DNA of 64,000 nt, taken from the NCBI GenBank assembly GCA_965649765.1, contig OZ287753.1, forward strand, positions 16,926,001-16,990,000, written 5' to 3'. Shown one piece after another: positions 1-13,070 of this stretch (position 1 is its first letter; each line of letters starts with the position of its first letter). The position numbers were made by a program, and so were the translations under genes. Origin of the DNA: Bispira polyomma. Taxonomy: Eukaryota. The notes beneath the pieces are model-generated. The model did no database searches, was not told where the DNA came from, and worked only from the letters and a program-made list of their open reading frames with translations.

Positions 1-3000
1 TAATTGAAGAATGGCCAGGACCATTGCAGGATCTTTACTACAAAAGTATCAGTGATCTGTCCCCTGAGGAAAGCAAAAAGTTGGCTAAGCTTATTGAACA
101 TAATAAGAATGCATTTGCCAAGTGTCAGGCAGATTTGGGGCAGACATCAGTGGTGACACACAGCATAGATACAGGCACTGCCAGGCCCATAAAACAACAA
201 CCCAGACGGACCCCAAAGGCCTTCGAAGGAGAAGAGGAGAAAATACTTCAAGAGCAGCTGGAAGCTGGAGTCATTCAGGAATCCACATCACCATGGGCTT
301 CACCTATTGTGTACGTCAGAAAGAAGGATGGCTCAACGAGACCTTGTGTGGATTATCGGCGAGTCAATGAAGTGACCCAAAAGGACGCCTATCCACTTCC
401 TGTGAAAGCAGACTGTCTCGACTGCCTTAATGGTGCTAAGTATATGTCTTCGTTGGATCTACAATCAGTACTGGCAAGTTAAGGTGGATGAAAAGGACAG
501 GCCAAAAACTGCATTTACTTCAAGGCATGGGCTATACGAGTATCTGGTTATGCCTTTTGGCTTGACCAATGCTCCAGGGACATTCCAGAGGTGTATGGAA
601 ATAATATTTCGGGGGCTCCAGTGGAAATCTGTGGTAATATTTCTAGATGATTTGATTCTCTATAATGAGTCATTTGACGGCCATCTTGAAAATCTAAATG
701 AAGTTCTTGAAAGACTAGTCAAAGCAGGATTGAAACTGAATCCGAGTAAATGCAACTTATTCCAAAAAGAAGTTGTATTTTTGGGCCATGTAGTATCAGA
801 ATCTGGCATAAAACCTGACCCAACAAAAATTGAAGCTCTTAAGAATTGGCCTGTTCCACAAAATGTACACGATATCCGCATGTTTGTTGGTTTTTGTTCA
901 TATTATAGACGTTTTGTCAGAGGGTTCTCGTCAATTGTTAGCCCGCTCACACATTTACTGGAGGCCGATGTAATGTTTGAGTGGGAAGATGAATGCATGG
1001 ATGCATTTCAGAAACTGAAAGATGCTTTGACTGATGAAAATATTATGGCTTATCCAAATGATTCTGGTCTTTTGATACTAGATACTGATGCTTCAAATAA
1101 TGGAATTGGAGCGACACTTTCACAAATGCAATATTGTGAGAAGAGTAGAACAGAAGAAGAACGACCAATTGCACATGCGAGTAAAAGTATGACCAAGACT
1201 CAAAGGCATTACTGTGTGACAAGAAAAGAACTTCTTGCAGTTGTATATTTTGTACAGTACTTTAGACATTATTTGTTAGGTAGGGATTTTATTATAAGGA
1301 CTGATCATAGTGCATTAAGATGGGTGATGTCATTCAAGGATCCTAGGGATCAGATGGCCAGGTGGCTAGAAGTGCTATGTCAGTATAGATTTAAGATTGT
1401 TCACCTAGCAGGTAAGAAGCATTCTAACGCTGATGGTTTGTCAAGGGTTCCTTGCGACCCTTCAGATTGTCCTTGTTATGACGGCCAGACTGTGTTGTCT
1501 GCTTTACCTTGTGGAGGTTGTGATGTCTGTAAGAAGAAGCACGAGCAATGGTAATTTTTTCAAGAAGTGGATGATGTTGTGCCTCTATCGGTAAGAAGGG
1601 TTCATACCAAGGATCAAACGCATCCTGCCCTCAGCCATTTTGGAGGCCTTGCAATTTCCAAACTTTTGTTATTAGTAGTTTTGTGGATCATGACGCTATG
1701 GAGATGGTCTGGAGCCTGTACTGGGTTAAGTTCCACGACAACTAAATGTCATTGGCCTGGGCAAAAGCTAGGTGGGGAATCATGCCCTCAGAAGGCACAC
1801 AGAGTAAGTGCAACTCAAGCAAAGAGTCCAGACGACATACCAATTGATGTAACATCGGATCATTTTCAAAGTCAAGACAACAGTAGTGGTAATGGATGCG
1901 ATGGCAAGCCGAAGGAGATACCGGAAATAGGAGCTTCATGGTTAAATCAGTACTCAAAGACTGACTTGAAGAAATTACAAAGTGATGATCCTGACATATC
2001 CCTGTTGCTTAATTGGTTAGAATCAGAGAAAGGCAAACCATCTAGGGATCAAGTTGCAGTTGAGAGTCCAGCTGTAAGAAATCTTTGGTTACAATGGAAC
2101 CAACTGATCCTTGACAAGGGAGTTTTGTACAGAAAGTGGCACAGTACTAAAAAGAAAGTTCCGCCCTGCCTTCAGCTTGTAGCGCCAAAATCACTCCAAG
2201 ACACCGTATTGAAATCATTACATAATAATGTTACTGCGGGACACTTGGGTGTGAAAAAGACAATTAGTAAAGTTAAGAAACTTTTTTATTGGTACAGATT
2301 AAAAGACTCTGTTAGACTGTGGATTCGGAATTGTACAGTTTGTGGGGCAAGGAAATCACCAAACAGAGAGCAAAGGTCTTCTCCACAAAGTTACCAAGTA
2401 GGCTACCCAATGGACCGGGTAGCAACTGATATATTGGGACCCTTTCCTCAGTCAGAAACTGGAAATAGATACATCTTGTTGGTGGGTGACTATTTCACCA
2501 GATGGATAGAAGCTTATGCAATACCTGAGTTCTCAGCAAAAACAGTAGCTCAAAAATTAGTTTATGAGTTTTTCTCAAGGTTTGGTACACGATTTGTCTT
2601 GCATTCAGATCAAGGTCGCAATTACGAGACTTCACTTTTAAGGAAGTATGTAAATTTTTAGAAATAAACAAAACTACTACACCCTATCATCCACAGTCAA
2701 ATGGAATGATTGAGAGGTTTAACAGAACACTATTAGACATGATGGCTGCCTATACTGATCAAAATCAGACAAACTGGGATAATTATTTACCCATGCTAAC
2801 TGCAGCATATAGGAGTTGTGTACACAAAAAGACTGGTTATACCCCAAATTTGCTGATGCTAGGTAGAGAAGTTAATTTACCCATAGAATTAGCACTTGGT
2901 GCTACTGCTGAGCCACGTATAAGAACAGATGAGTGTCAATGTATTTCAGATATAAAGGATAAGATGCGGAGTATTTTCCAACTTGTCAGAAGTTCTTATA

Positions 3001-3440
3001 AGATGAAGTTGCCAAAGAGAGACTGTGATCCAAGGATTAGTACAAAAACATATAAAGTAGGAGACCTTGGAAAAAGTCCAAAATTAAAGCCAGATGTATG
3101 GAAAGGTCCATGTGTTGTTGTTAAAAAACTAAGTGATATCCTTTTTGAAATAAAAACAAGTGCCCAGAGCAAATCCAAGGTTCTACATTTTGACATATTA
3201 AAATCATACACCAGTGAAACTGTTCCAGAAATGGTCACTAAACTCAAAAATAGTACTGATCCAGATAACCAGGCCAATGTTGAAATACTGCCAACAACAA
3301 CCCAGAAGAAGTTCTGCAAGTCCAGGCCCACTTCCAAAAATCAGGCCAAAACTCCCAGGGACAGGAAACATCCATCAAATCCTGAACCACAGAGAACAAG
3401 TCAAAGACAAAAACAGAAACCTGATAGGCTTAGTTTCTAA
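1..3440 (+). pseudogene. pol: Gypsy pol (RT, RNase H, integrase), disrupted
   Basis: SPWASPIVYV, RPCVDYRRVN, MPFGLTNAP, FLDD, DTDAS, ELLAVV, RTDH, NADGLSR, H-H-CxxC, ATDILGP, HSDQGRNY, ERFNRTL; frameshift ~465, in-frame TAA 1552-1554, frameshifts ~2640-2700. Confidence 0.93.
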
Positions 3441-3571
3441 GAATAAATTTAACTGCTGACTTTAATTTAAAAATAAAAATTGTACTCTGGGACACTAATG
3501 CCAGTTTTTCTTTTTTAGAAAGTAGAGCATCCTCGGTTCGGACTCGGTTCGGCCTTGGATCCAGTGAACTT

Positions 3572-4580
3572 TTGGGACTAGATTTGCAATATAAAAGCAG
3601 CAGAGTTCCAGCAAATTCAGTCATAATGTCAGAACTGTTTAATTGTGTATTTTGCTTGAAAGAATACAGAAATAAATCAAAAGGAATAAGACATAGTATA
3701 TCACATCTACCCTGGTTCTTTGGTTCTTTTGTATGCAGTATTTGTGAGGTGAAATTTGACTCAAATCCGAGACTTTTAGAACATTGTGACACCAAAGCTC
3801 ACAAGTGCAAAGTGGATAGCAAAGATCCAGTAGATATTTTGCAGTCGAGAAAACAATTTAAAAACACTTTAAATAATCAGCAAGACGTTCAGGCATTTGT
3901 GGTAGTAGTGGAGAAAAAGAAGTTTACCACAAACTTTGACAGGAAACACGGGATTCTGGACCGTATTGATCACCTCCAGAAAAGATTATGGAGACACCCG
4001 AATTTGGTGGGACCCCAAGTCAGGATTCGACACTTTGCAATGGAATGTTACCACTAGCTTTTCCACGCATGCCAGCTCATGTGCCATCTGTTGAAGGAAA
4101 CGTCTTCCCCATCACACCCTGGTTTCCGGGTTAAAGAGGGATATTGGTGAGTGCCACAACACGATGGAGGACCTACCAGATCCTCCAATGAAACCCACCA
4201 AAAGGTGTCATTCACAGTCGACTCCAGTCCATTCCACGGAGGACAGACTGGCTGTGGTTTTAAATAAGTTGCAAGCAGTGGAAAACAAAATTGATGGACT
4301 CAGTAAGAAGGTCGTTGATACTGCTGAATCTCAAACAGCAGACATTAAAAGTAAACTGTCCAAACTGGAAGATGTGATTGAACATAACACAGGCCAAATG
4401 CAGGCATATTCCAAATCCTTGGCCATGGTCCTTCAAAAGGATATTCAGAAAGTGTTAGATACTGTGGGTCTAATGAAGTCTTCAGGCCCTCCGGTTTCAC
4501 CAGAGATGTTGTCTGCCTTGGTCACTTTATCTCAAGAGGCAGTTAAACTCTACCAGTCGCCCTACACTCCGAGAGACTAA
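3572..4580 (+). CDS. Extra ORF(s) 3' of integrase: two C2H2-like zinc fingers, then coiled-coil region; probably one broken ORF
   Basis: CVFC-x12-HSISH and CSIC-x12-H-x-H patterns in ORF 3572-4057; heptad-like LNKLQAVENKIDGLSKKV in ORF 4164-4580; lies between pol and LTR. Confidence 0.6.
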
Positions 4581-5059
4581 AATGTAAAAGTGGTAATTTA
4601 TGAATTTTTGGGCTCGCAATGCCTTTTAAATTGTTTTTCGTATACAGTAAATGTTTTAAATGTTTTAACTTCACGTTTTTATAATGTTTTCTAAAACTGC
4701 CTTAACTTTTTCAAGACAGTTTCTTGTGTTGCATTTATGTTTTAAGCAGACATTAATTATAACTACAGTGCAGAAAATAAAAGAAATGTTCAAGATAATG
4801 CTTACAAGTACACATTTATAGTGTTAATTTAGAATGTATATGAACTATAGTGTGACAGAAGAATAATGTTGTTATGAAAGAATATGCATGTAGAGGCATG
4901 ACTAAGGTAATTTAAACTACAATACATAATGTATTGACTTTGTTTTTCTCCACTTTTAGTTAAAACTTTCTACTTAAATGTTTTTATTGCAAGACAGTTG
5001 TGTTGTAAGATTTGAGTCAAGGAGATGCTTCCAGGAGTAAGCATACTGATGGGAAATAG

Positions 5060-5645
5060 TGTTGGGTATTTTTAGCTTATGTTTTTCAGTTATAAATAGA
5101 TTATACATATTCGTGTCATGGCAGATAAAAGAGCCAAAGTTCTGTAACCCAAGTCTGAGCCCGAGTCTGACCCAAGCCCAAGTTTGACCAAACCCGAGTC
5201 TGACCCGAGCCCGAGTTTGACCAAACCCGAGTCTGGCCCGAGCCCGAGTCTGACCGAACCCGAGTCTGACCCGAGCCCGAGCCTGACTAAGTCCGAGTCT
5301 AACCGAGTGTATAAATGTTCATCCGTGGGTATAAATATGTGAACTTTAGTGTAAATAATAACCCGGATGGTTTAAATGTATGAAAAGTCTTCTGCAGAAC
5401 TTTGGTGGAAATTTTGTATATAAAGGGGGGAACTCTGCTGAAAAGGGAGTCTGGCTTTTGAGTTTGAGCTGAGAGTGTGTCTTTAGGTTTTGAGAGCGAC
5501 AGTGTAAATAGTTGTATATAGTTGTAAATAAATAGTTGTTAATAAGTGAAAAATATATTGAAGCCTTTCATTTAAAAACTGTGTTATAAAAACCCATTTA
5601 TGACAGTGCATGACCTGAGAAAATCATCCCAAAAGGAACGTAACA
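5060..5645 (+). repeat. 3' LTR of the Gypsy element
   Basis: Purine tract GATGGGAAATAG directly before TGTTG (5060); ends TAACA (5645); TATAAA ~5419 and AATAAA ~5527; partner LTR not in window. Confidence 0.7.
5146..5308 (+). repeat. Tandem array of CCCGAG/CCCGAGTCTGA units within the LTR
   Basis: Directly visible, ~33-bp higher-order period. Confidence 0.9.
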
Positions 5646-6099
5646 ATATATTTTTATATATATATTTTACAACCAGATCTAAAAGCTGGACCAAAGTTAA
5701 CTTGACACTTTTTTATTTTGTCTCTTTCATTTTTATTGTTATATGTTATATTTATTTTCTAACATTTGGTATTTAATCTAAATACTATACCTAAAAAATT
5801 ACCCACATAATTACAGTATTTAAATATTCAGTAGTTCAGACAAGTATAAACAACAGTTAATTTTCATGATATAAGTGATCCATGTACCAAGGCAACATAG
5901 GCATCAAATGAAAGCTAATTTTGGGTAGAATTTAATTAATTACAGCTTTATTTAGTTTAGCTATATTCCAGGAATAATTTAATAAAATGATTTGCGAACA
6001 CCAAACCAGGAAGTAAATAAAAAAATTTAAACAAACACCATCCATGAATGTTTAAATGACTGTATTTTTCTTACTTTTGTTTGATTATTCACAGGTTGG

Positions 6100-6316
6100 A
6101 TCTAGAGACTTCTCGGTCGCCGCCACTATGTTATGGAACAGTCTTCCAGTTGAATTTAGACTGCTTGAAACACCTTCTGCTTTTAGGAAATATCTTAAAA
6201 CCTATCTGTTTAGGCTTGCCTATCTGCCGTAGTCCTCTCCCTGGGCGCTGACTTATCCATCCTTACACCCTGGCTATGGTTAATAAGGCACGTTAAAAAT
6301 GTACAATACAATACAA
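6100..6316 (+). mobile_element. L2/CR1 LINE 3' end fragment
   Basis: Translates FSVAATMLWNSLPVEFR...FRKYLKTYLFRLAY*, followed by (TACAA)n-type tail. Confidence 0.75.
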
Positions 6317-6404
6317 ATTAAAATAAAAGAATTTAAATTTCAGTTACTTGTGTCATGTCATCTTATCTTTTTATTTAAATTTTACCAAAGGGCTAGTTAT
6401 TTGG

Positions 6405-7070
6405 GCTTGGGCTTGAACCCAGTAGTAGCACTTGTTGGTGCCTTAACATTTAAACACTTTGAAGTTTTCAAAGTGAAATGACAAGTTGTTTGCTCCTGGG
6501 TTTGAACCCAGTGGATGGTGGTTGAGATAAATGGCTATTTGAAAATCAAATGACTAGTCCATTGCTTCTGGGGTCGAACCCAGTTGATGGTGGTTGAGAA
6601 AATGGTCATTTGAAACTTTTGAAAGTAAAATGACTAGTTCTTTGCTTCTGGGTTTGAACCCAGTTGATGATGGTTAAGGACAATGGCCGTTTGAAAGTCA
6701 GATGAATAGTTCTTTGCTTCTTGGTGGTTGAGTTAACCAGTTGATGGTGGTTGAGACAGTTACCATTTAAAACATTTAAACGTGAAATGACTAGCTGTTT
6801 GCTCCTGGGTTTGAACCCAGTTGGTGGTGGTTGAGGACAATAGCCATTTGAGAGTCAGATGACTAGTTCTTTGCTTCTGGATTTGAACCCAGTTGATGGT
6901 AGTTGAGATAAATGTCCCTTTGAAAGTCAAATGACTAGTTCTTTGCTCCTGTGTTTGAACCCAGTTGATGGTGGTTGAGAAAATGGTCATTTGAAACTTT
7001 TGAAAGTGAAATGACTAGTTCTTTGCTTCTGGGCTCGAATCCAGTTGATGGTGGTTAATTGCCCTTTGAA
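6405..7070. repeat. Minisatellite with alternating 72/80-bp units
   Basis: Recurring AAATGACTAGTTCTTTGCTTCTGGGTTTGAACCCAGTTGATGGTGGTTGAG; anchor spacing 72, 80, 72... Confidence 0.9.
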
Positions 7071-7179
7071 GGTTAGTTATAAAATATAACAATAAAAAGA
7101 AAAATTATTATTCACAAAATGTCATATTAATGACAAGTATTGGATACAAAGTATACATTAAATCATTCTGTCCTGCCAG

Positions 7180-7890
7180 GAAACAGTACCTATCTCCTTC
7201 TGACCATACCTACCTGTTCATCTATACCTACCTGTTCCAAATATTGAGTGGCATTACTTGGATTTGAACCATCATGGCTTATTGCAGGATCTGGAATTGC
7301 TCCAACACAAAGCCAATTAAAAGCCATTGTTGAAGTTGTTGACAAATCCAGTGAAAAGTAGAATGAAATTTGAATAATGAGGGAAAATATGTATATATAC
7401 TCCCCAGAAACGGCTGCAAAAAACGTACCTTGCATAAGTGAAAAGTCCCACACGTATTCGTTGCGTGAGAAACGCAACAAACGAAATGGAAGCATGAGAG
7501 ACGTAATAGGCATAATCCAAACGTACTTGGAGTGTGAGTGAAGAGGCTGAAGCATAATAAACGCATCCCTAACATAGTAAGCGGAATCAAAACGTAAGGG
7601 AAACGTGTAATACATCAACAAAACATATTAAACGTTTCCAAACGTAATAAATAATGTGCCGGGCATGACAAGCGTAATTAAAACCGCAGCTGAAAATCAC
7701 ATTATATGCATGTCAATATACGGAAAAGACAGAAAACAGGATTAAACGTGCCTAAAGCATAATTAAAGCAACTTAGACATAATTTTGGGCTTATGCTCGT
7801 TTACACTCCAAAGAATGACTTTGTTCACTTGCGTTTCCCCACGTTTGCGAAGAAAATACGTAAGCGAAATGTACTCACTGTGACCATAAG
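7180..7890 (-). mobile_element. Possible PIF/Harbinger DNA transposon end fragment
   Basis: CpG-rich tract ending in GGTCACAGTGAG (minus strand), similar to the TIR of the MITE at 16300; no partner TIR seen. Confidence 0.35.
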
Positions 7891-8994
7891 GGGCTAGCGC
7901 AATGACAGTGTTATGTCAAAGATAATTCATGACTGTTTTAAAATTGTATAGTCAATAGTAACACCCCCAACCTCCTTGACATTATTAGGTGATGTACCTT
8001 TTCTCAGTAGTGTAGCAAGAAATAGTGACCCTTAATGATGTTTTTGTTACGAAACTGCTCCAAATGTATGACAGCAGTGTATACTGGTACATATAGGTGA
8101 AAGTATAATATTATTCTAGTGGGTTTTTTGTTCATATTCTTCATATATTATTTAGGATATTTAAGCTGGCTGCCCCTTGTACATCACAGAGGGTCATATT
8201 ATGGTCTGTGCCAAGAAATATGTTTTCTGCATTCTATAGGTCCGTAATGAACAGACCTTCGACTAAGGTAATGTGAACTAGTTTACTCTAGCTCAGTTTC
8301 GTAATTAGAGAATATTTGATAATAGTGAACATTCTTCAACTGAATGTTGGTGAAGACAATACCAATGACATAGAAATGATAAAATGTTTGTCTTTTCATG
8401 GTATTCTGTAACTTAAAAAAAAAATCTGTATTGCAAGATTTATTTAGATAAACAAATCTACTTTGTATGAGTATGGTATTCTTAACTGCTTGACTTTAAA
8501 TAGTGCATGAACATCAAAAAATGTTGAGTTGCAATTTAAACAGGTTAGGACCCTCCTAATAGACACTCTTCATAAGATAGAGTTGTTTAGTACTTTCAGT
8601 GCTTTATTTTACAAGAGTGAACACTAACGCGGACCCGTACCTATCCATATTGCATGGGTAACTAGCATTATACGAATACAGTTCTTTGATGTTAACAGGT
8701 TCACCATGTATACTTATAGCTTTGATCAGGCCTCGGTCTTTATAGTCACTTTGTTTACCTTTTTACATCAAATTAAGCTTAACTGTATATTTTCATACAA
8801 TCCTGCCCCCTTAAAAATGATGTGTTAACATAAATATAGTCAAATGTCAAAGTTTGATCATTTGGTACAGAATATCTGTCATATATGTGCTTGACAGGGG
8901 TTCAATGAACCTTACTCAGAACCATATTACAAGGGGGTAGGAGGAGTTAACTACAGATACAACACAGTGAAGTCAGAGTTTACTTATTAAAGTA

Positions 8995-9131
8995 GGGGCC
9001 GTGGTGGCCTAATGGTTAGCAAGCAGTGCGTTTCACAATCACTGGTCTCCCACCTCTGGCATCGGCTGGCATGGGTTCGACTCCCATCGATGCCTATGTG
9101 GGAAAGGTGATAGTTCCTTATTGTGGGCCGC
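8995..9131 (+). mobile_element. tRNA-derived SINE family 1, 3'-truncated
   Basis: A box TGGCCTAATGG, B box GGTTCGACTCC; matches copies at 12329 and 21592; absent from copy B. Confidence 0.85.
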
Positions 9132-9589
9132 AGTGTACCTCAGTATTTATGACCCTCCTTCAAGGTGTTACATATCAATACGTTTATGTACTGTTTGTAT
9201 TAAACGGCATTAATATTGAAATAACAAAAACATATTTAAAAAAACATGTGAACCAAAATGTACTTTGCTGCTTCTGTGTCTATATTCTTAAATAATGTCA
9301 AACTCAGATCAAAGCTCAAATCTGTAGTCTCCATATCTTTGGCGGGAGTTAAGTTAGTCAGAATCTGGTTGCATATTTGAATTTAGCGCTGAAAGCTCCT
9401 CTAAAATGAATGGTTACAGGTATAGGTCATTTCCTTATAGAACGATTTTCATATAGTTTTCGTTTGAGTCTCAGCTTGAATCTTATTCGTTAGAATACGG
9501 GTGCAATTCTCAAACAAAGTAATTGAAGAAGAAACATTGAGTCATCATTGTATTATATATATATATATATTTGTAACACACTTTATTGA

Positions 9590-9798
9590 TGTAAGATATC
9601 TTCTAAAGTACAACAACCGAGTGAATCAACCAACGATCCTACGACACAGTCACTGTCGTTGTCAGTAAGCAATCACATGTTCATATCTTGCCCAAGGATG
9701 TTATTCCACCAATGAACCCAGCAACATTAGCATGGGTCGAACCGGGAATCTTCTGCTCACAAGACTAACTCCCTAACCACTAGACCACGAGAGTCCAC
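9590..9798 (-). mobile_element. tRNA-derived SINE (reverse)
   Basis: Minus strand GTGGTCTAGTGGTTAGGG...GGTTCGACCC, then CCTTGGGCAAG core-like motif. Confidence 0.65.
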
Positions 9799-10099
9799 AG
9801 TCAAGTAGAGTTGCCAATTACTGCTCATACTCATACTCAATACTCATTGGTATGCATTATGTTATACAAATAATTTAATATACTTACAGATTTCCAAACA
9901 ATCTTTGTAAAGGACATGGTTTTTTATGTAACACAAGTTTTCAAGAGCAACTCGATGGATGTCTTGCAAAAAGACTATAATCATACTTTACTAATAAGAA
10001 GTCCAGAATACACAGTACCTTCTTTGTATAAAATTTCAGTAGACCCACAAAAGACAGGTAAGTGTTATGTGAAGGAATTTTTTTGCACATACATTGTGA

Positions 10100-10400
10100 T
10101 CCCTGTGGTCTAGTGGTAAGGGAGTTGGTCTGGTGATCAGTAGGTTCCGTGATTGACTCCCAGACTCTTGTTTTATTTAGCGAGATAACATCTTTGGTCA
10201 AGAAGTGAGTATAAATTTGCCTAGTGGCTCGAATGACCACTTAAAATGGAGTTCCTCTGTCACTGAGTTCCATTGTCTAGTGGCAGATTAAAGATACTTG
10301 GTATGTTGATCCATGGTCATCCTCAAGCTTTGGCGAGGAAGAGCATTTGAAATAACTCTATGTTGTATAAGTGCGCTAAAACTAATATAATATGTTATGT
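10100..10400 (+). mobile_element. tRNA-derived SINE family 2 (older; also at 54458-54745)
   Basis: GTGGTCTAGTGG A box, degenerate B box, (ATGTT)n tail; present in both duplicates. Confidence 0.65.
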
Positions 10401-11614
10401 TATATATAACCTGAAGTTCTTATCGATGTATTTCATCAGTGCTTACACATCTGTCCTGCTAGCTACTTAGTAGTATTAGCCTACACTTCCTGTGAGCATG
10501 TTTTTCTTGGCTGACGTCATTATCAGTCATTATGCAAAACTACCAAGTGCTTCCTTTCAGCATATTTGCATCAGATCTGATAAGACGTCTGTTGTCCCAA
10601 CATATTTTATCGGTCAGAGAGGCGAAAAATTGGGAGGGCAGAATATTATACAATACACGGATGTTACAGTGGTTAATGATGCTGGAAGGAAATGTACGAA
10701 GTTTGACAATTTATAGTATGACATTGCCTGCTTTTCAAAAAGAAATAATAAAGAGTAAAAAAATATAAATAGATCAATTAAAGAAATAGGAATAGAAGTT
10801 TTCTTTTTTGAAGTTGATCAAAGGTTATTTATGCATTCCAGAGTATTTCAATAGGGAAATTCTGTCGACAGAGATTTCAATTGGAGTTTCTGTTGCCAGA
10901 ATTTCAAATCTTGTCAGATTGGAGTCTCTATCACATCATATATATTGTTTAATAGTATTTACGTAATTTAGGTGGGTGTCACTAGACCAATATACCAAAG
11001 GTATCGCCCACCAAAACCAGGAAGACACTTAATATAGAAATCTTAGGGATTCTGATGTATTTTTAAATGCATCAGATTTCCAATGGCCACATATACATTT
11101 TGTTTGTTGTGGAATGTTTACTCTCAGGATGGAATTATTTTGACCCCAAAGAAGTGGGTTTCAAAGAATCTCAGGAGATGTTTCAAGAAATCAAGGATTC
11201 CACCGGTTATTGATACTTCAGATTTAATAGAAAACCCAGGTAAGTTCTTGTTTTGAGCCTTTTTCAGTCACTAAAATTTTAGTATTACTTTACTTATGAA
11301 CTAATGATTTATCATTTCTTTTCTGTGATGAAATGTTACAACTTTTACAAAGTAATATCAATACGTTAGGACACAGGTTAGTGTTCTCTCTTTGAGTGGC
11401 ATTATCCAGGTCCCGAACAGTGTAATATTAGCTGGTATAGAGGAAAGTAAATTTATTGGAAAGAAAGATAGAATTCTACACCTTGGGCGGGTTTGATCTG
11501 TGGACCTTTCACCTACAAGGCCAATGCTTAACTTGAGTTACAAGGGAATCTCCGAAAGTCCAAGTAATGTGGGGCTCCTACTATAGCAAGATAGAAAAAC
11601 GATGCTTGTGCATC

Positions 11615-13070
11615 TATGGCGATTAGCTGGTTGCAGATAGATCACTTTCTGAGTCCAAATGCATCATCTGTTATTAAAAAATAGGGCATAGTCTGGTCAT
11701 CACCGAGTAAGGATTTATCTGCTGGGCAGTTGATGTTCTCATCTTCAATAGCAGCTTTCAGCTGGCAGGCATTGAAGATCTGGGCATCGGAACAGCTTCC
11801 ATTTGTGCTAACTCAGGAATTTGTAATCCGCATCTACCAGTACCATCAAACCAATTGAATGGAAGCCCATATAGTTAAAGTATATCTCTCTCTATATATA
11901 TATGTATATCTTGGGGCACTTCATGGCTACATGTTTTACGTTGATTGACCCCAGGGCGTATGAGAAATTCTATCTGGCGGCAAACTCAGATGTGATGGCT
12001 TTCCTTTCGTTCGGTGTCTGCCGTCATTTCTAGGCCTCGGCATAATATTCCTCATATATCACAGCACAGACTTCTTTAATAATTTTTAAGACCGTATTTG
12101 AGGCTACACGGAAACCGAACATTAAAGAATTGTAGGACATGCCCGATGCCAGATGTCCTAAGGTGATGGCCAATCTACAACCAGGTTCAATTGACTGCTG
12201 AAAAAAGTGTGTGACCTCTCAACCTGATGCTCCAAGTGCTGAAATAGCTCATAGAACATTTTCAGATAGAGCAGCACAAACTATTTAAAGGCGGTCTGAG
12301 TCTTAAGTTCTAGGTTAGCCATCAAGTTGGGGCCGCGGTGGCCTAGTGATTAGCAAGCATTGCGCTTCACAATCACTGGTCTCTCACCCCTGGGCGGCAT
12401 GAGTTCAAATCCTGTGTATGCCTATGTGGGAAAGGTGGTAGTTCCTTACTGTGGGCCGCTGTTTTCAGTGTAGAACCTTGACCAACTGTATACAGTGTTT
12501 CCTCCAGCGTTTCCGACTACCCGTCCCAATATAACCTAAACAGGTACTAGAGTAAACGTTAAATATCCAAATCAAAAAAAAAAAAATAGCCATCAAGTTC
12601 TCATGTTGGCTATATTAGGGTCTTCTTAGCAGCCAGCTCCACACTTAAATACTCCTATATCTCCTCATATAATACTGATACATGGTTAAGCTCTGGTTAA
12701 CTGTACATCTACCAAACGATTTACAAATTTGATGGTTTGAAGAGCCATGACTTAATCAAACCACTCTACAATGTGTGTCCATGAAAAGCCACGAATATAA
12801 TCAATGGAAGGTCAGTTTTTCAGGGCCTTATATAGTGACCTGTCCAGATTTCCTTATCTTAATCTCATGTCATATGCCTGAAACCCTACTGATCAGCAAA
12901 TAGTATTTAGCATGTATACTGTACCCGTAATACACACAAGCCCCTCAATGATCGAACAACATACATCCTGCATACCTACAATGATCGTGATACAATTGTA
13001 ATACACGCACTCTCACGCGGCAATAAATGTACTTTTTTAATCGCTGGATGTAAGCAGTCAAAATCGCAAT
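11615..13070 (-). mobile_element. PIF/Harbinger transposase relic (DDE_Tnp_4/HARBI1-like)
   Basis: Minus-strand translation RLAITLGHLASG, FGFRVASNTV, ALGSIN.KHVAMKCP; many stops. Confidence 0.8.
12329..12586 (+). mobile_element. tRNA-derived SINE family 1, full length with 13-bp TSD
   Basis: A/B boxes, A-tail, TSD TAGCCATCAAGTT on both sides; empty site in copy B (~56495). Confidence 0.92.

Larger units (their letters stand above)
1..5645 (+). mobile_element. Ty3/Gypsy LTR retrotransposon, 5' part outside window, mildly decayed
   Basis: RT-RNaseH-integrase domain order, extra 3' ORF, purine tract and TG...CA-bounded 3' LTR. Confidence 0.93.
8166..11238 (+). pseudogene. Sulfotransferase-like (Sulfotransfer_5 / BCAT-like N-terminal P-loop family) pseudogene, 4 exons (8166-8267, ~8898-8993, 9890-10057, 11128-11238)
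   Basis: RVILWSVPRNMFSAF / FNEPYSEPYY / IFVKDM..HTLLIRSP; ATG->CTG, CAA->TAA at ~8988, SINE replaces exon-2 donor, 14-nt deletion in exon 4 relative to copy B. Confidence 0.8.

Noticed and set aside
6760-6990. Mucin-like ORF on the minus strand
   Set aside because: Arises from the minisatellite; the 80-bp units break the frame and no splice context is evident
12329-12420. tRNA genes at SINE heads (also 8995, 21592, 10100)
   Set aside because: A/B boxes present but no cloverleaf; followed by SINE body, tail and TSD
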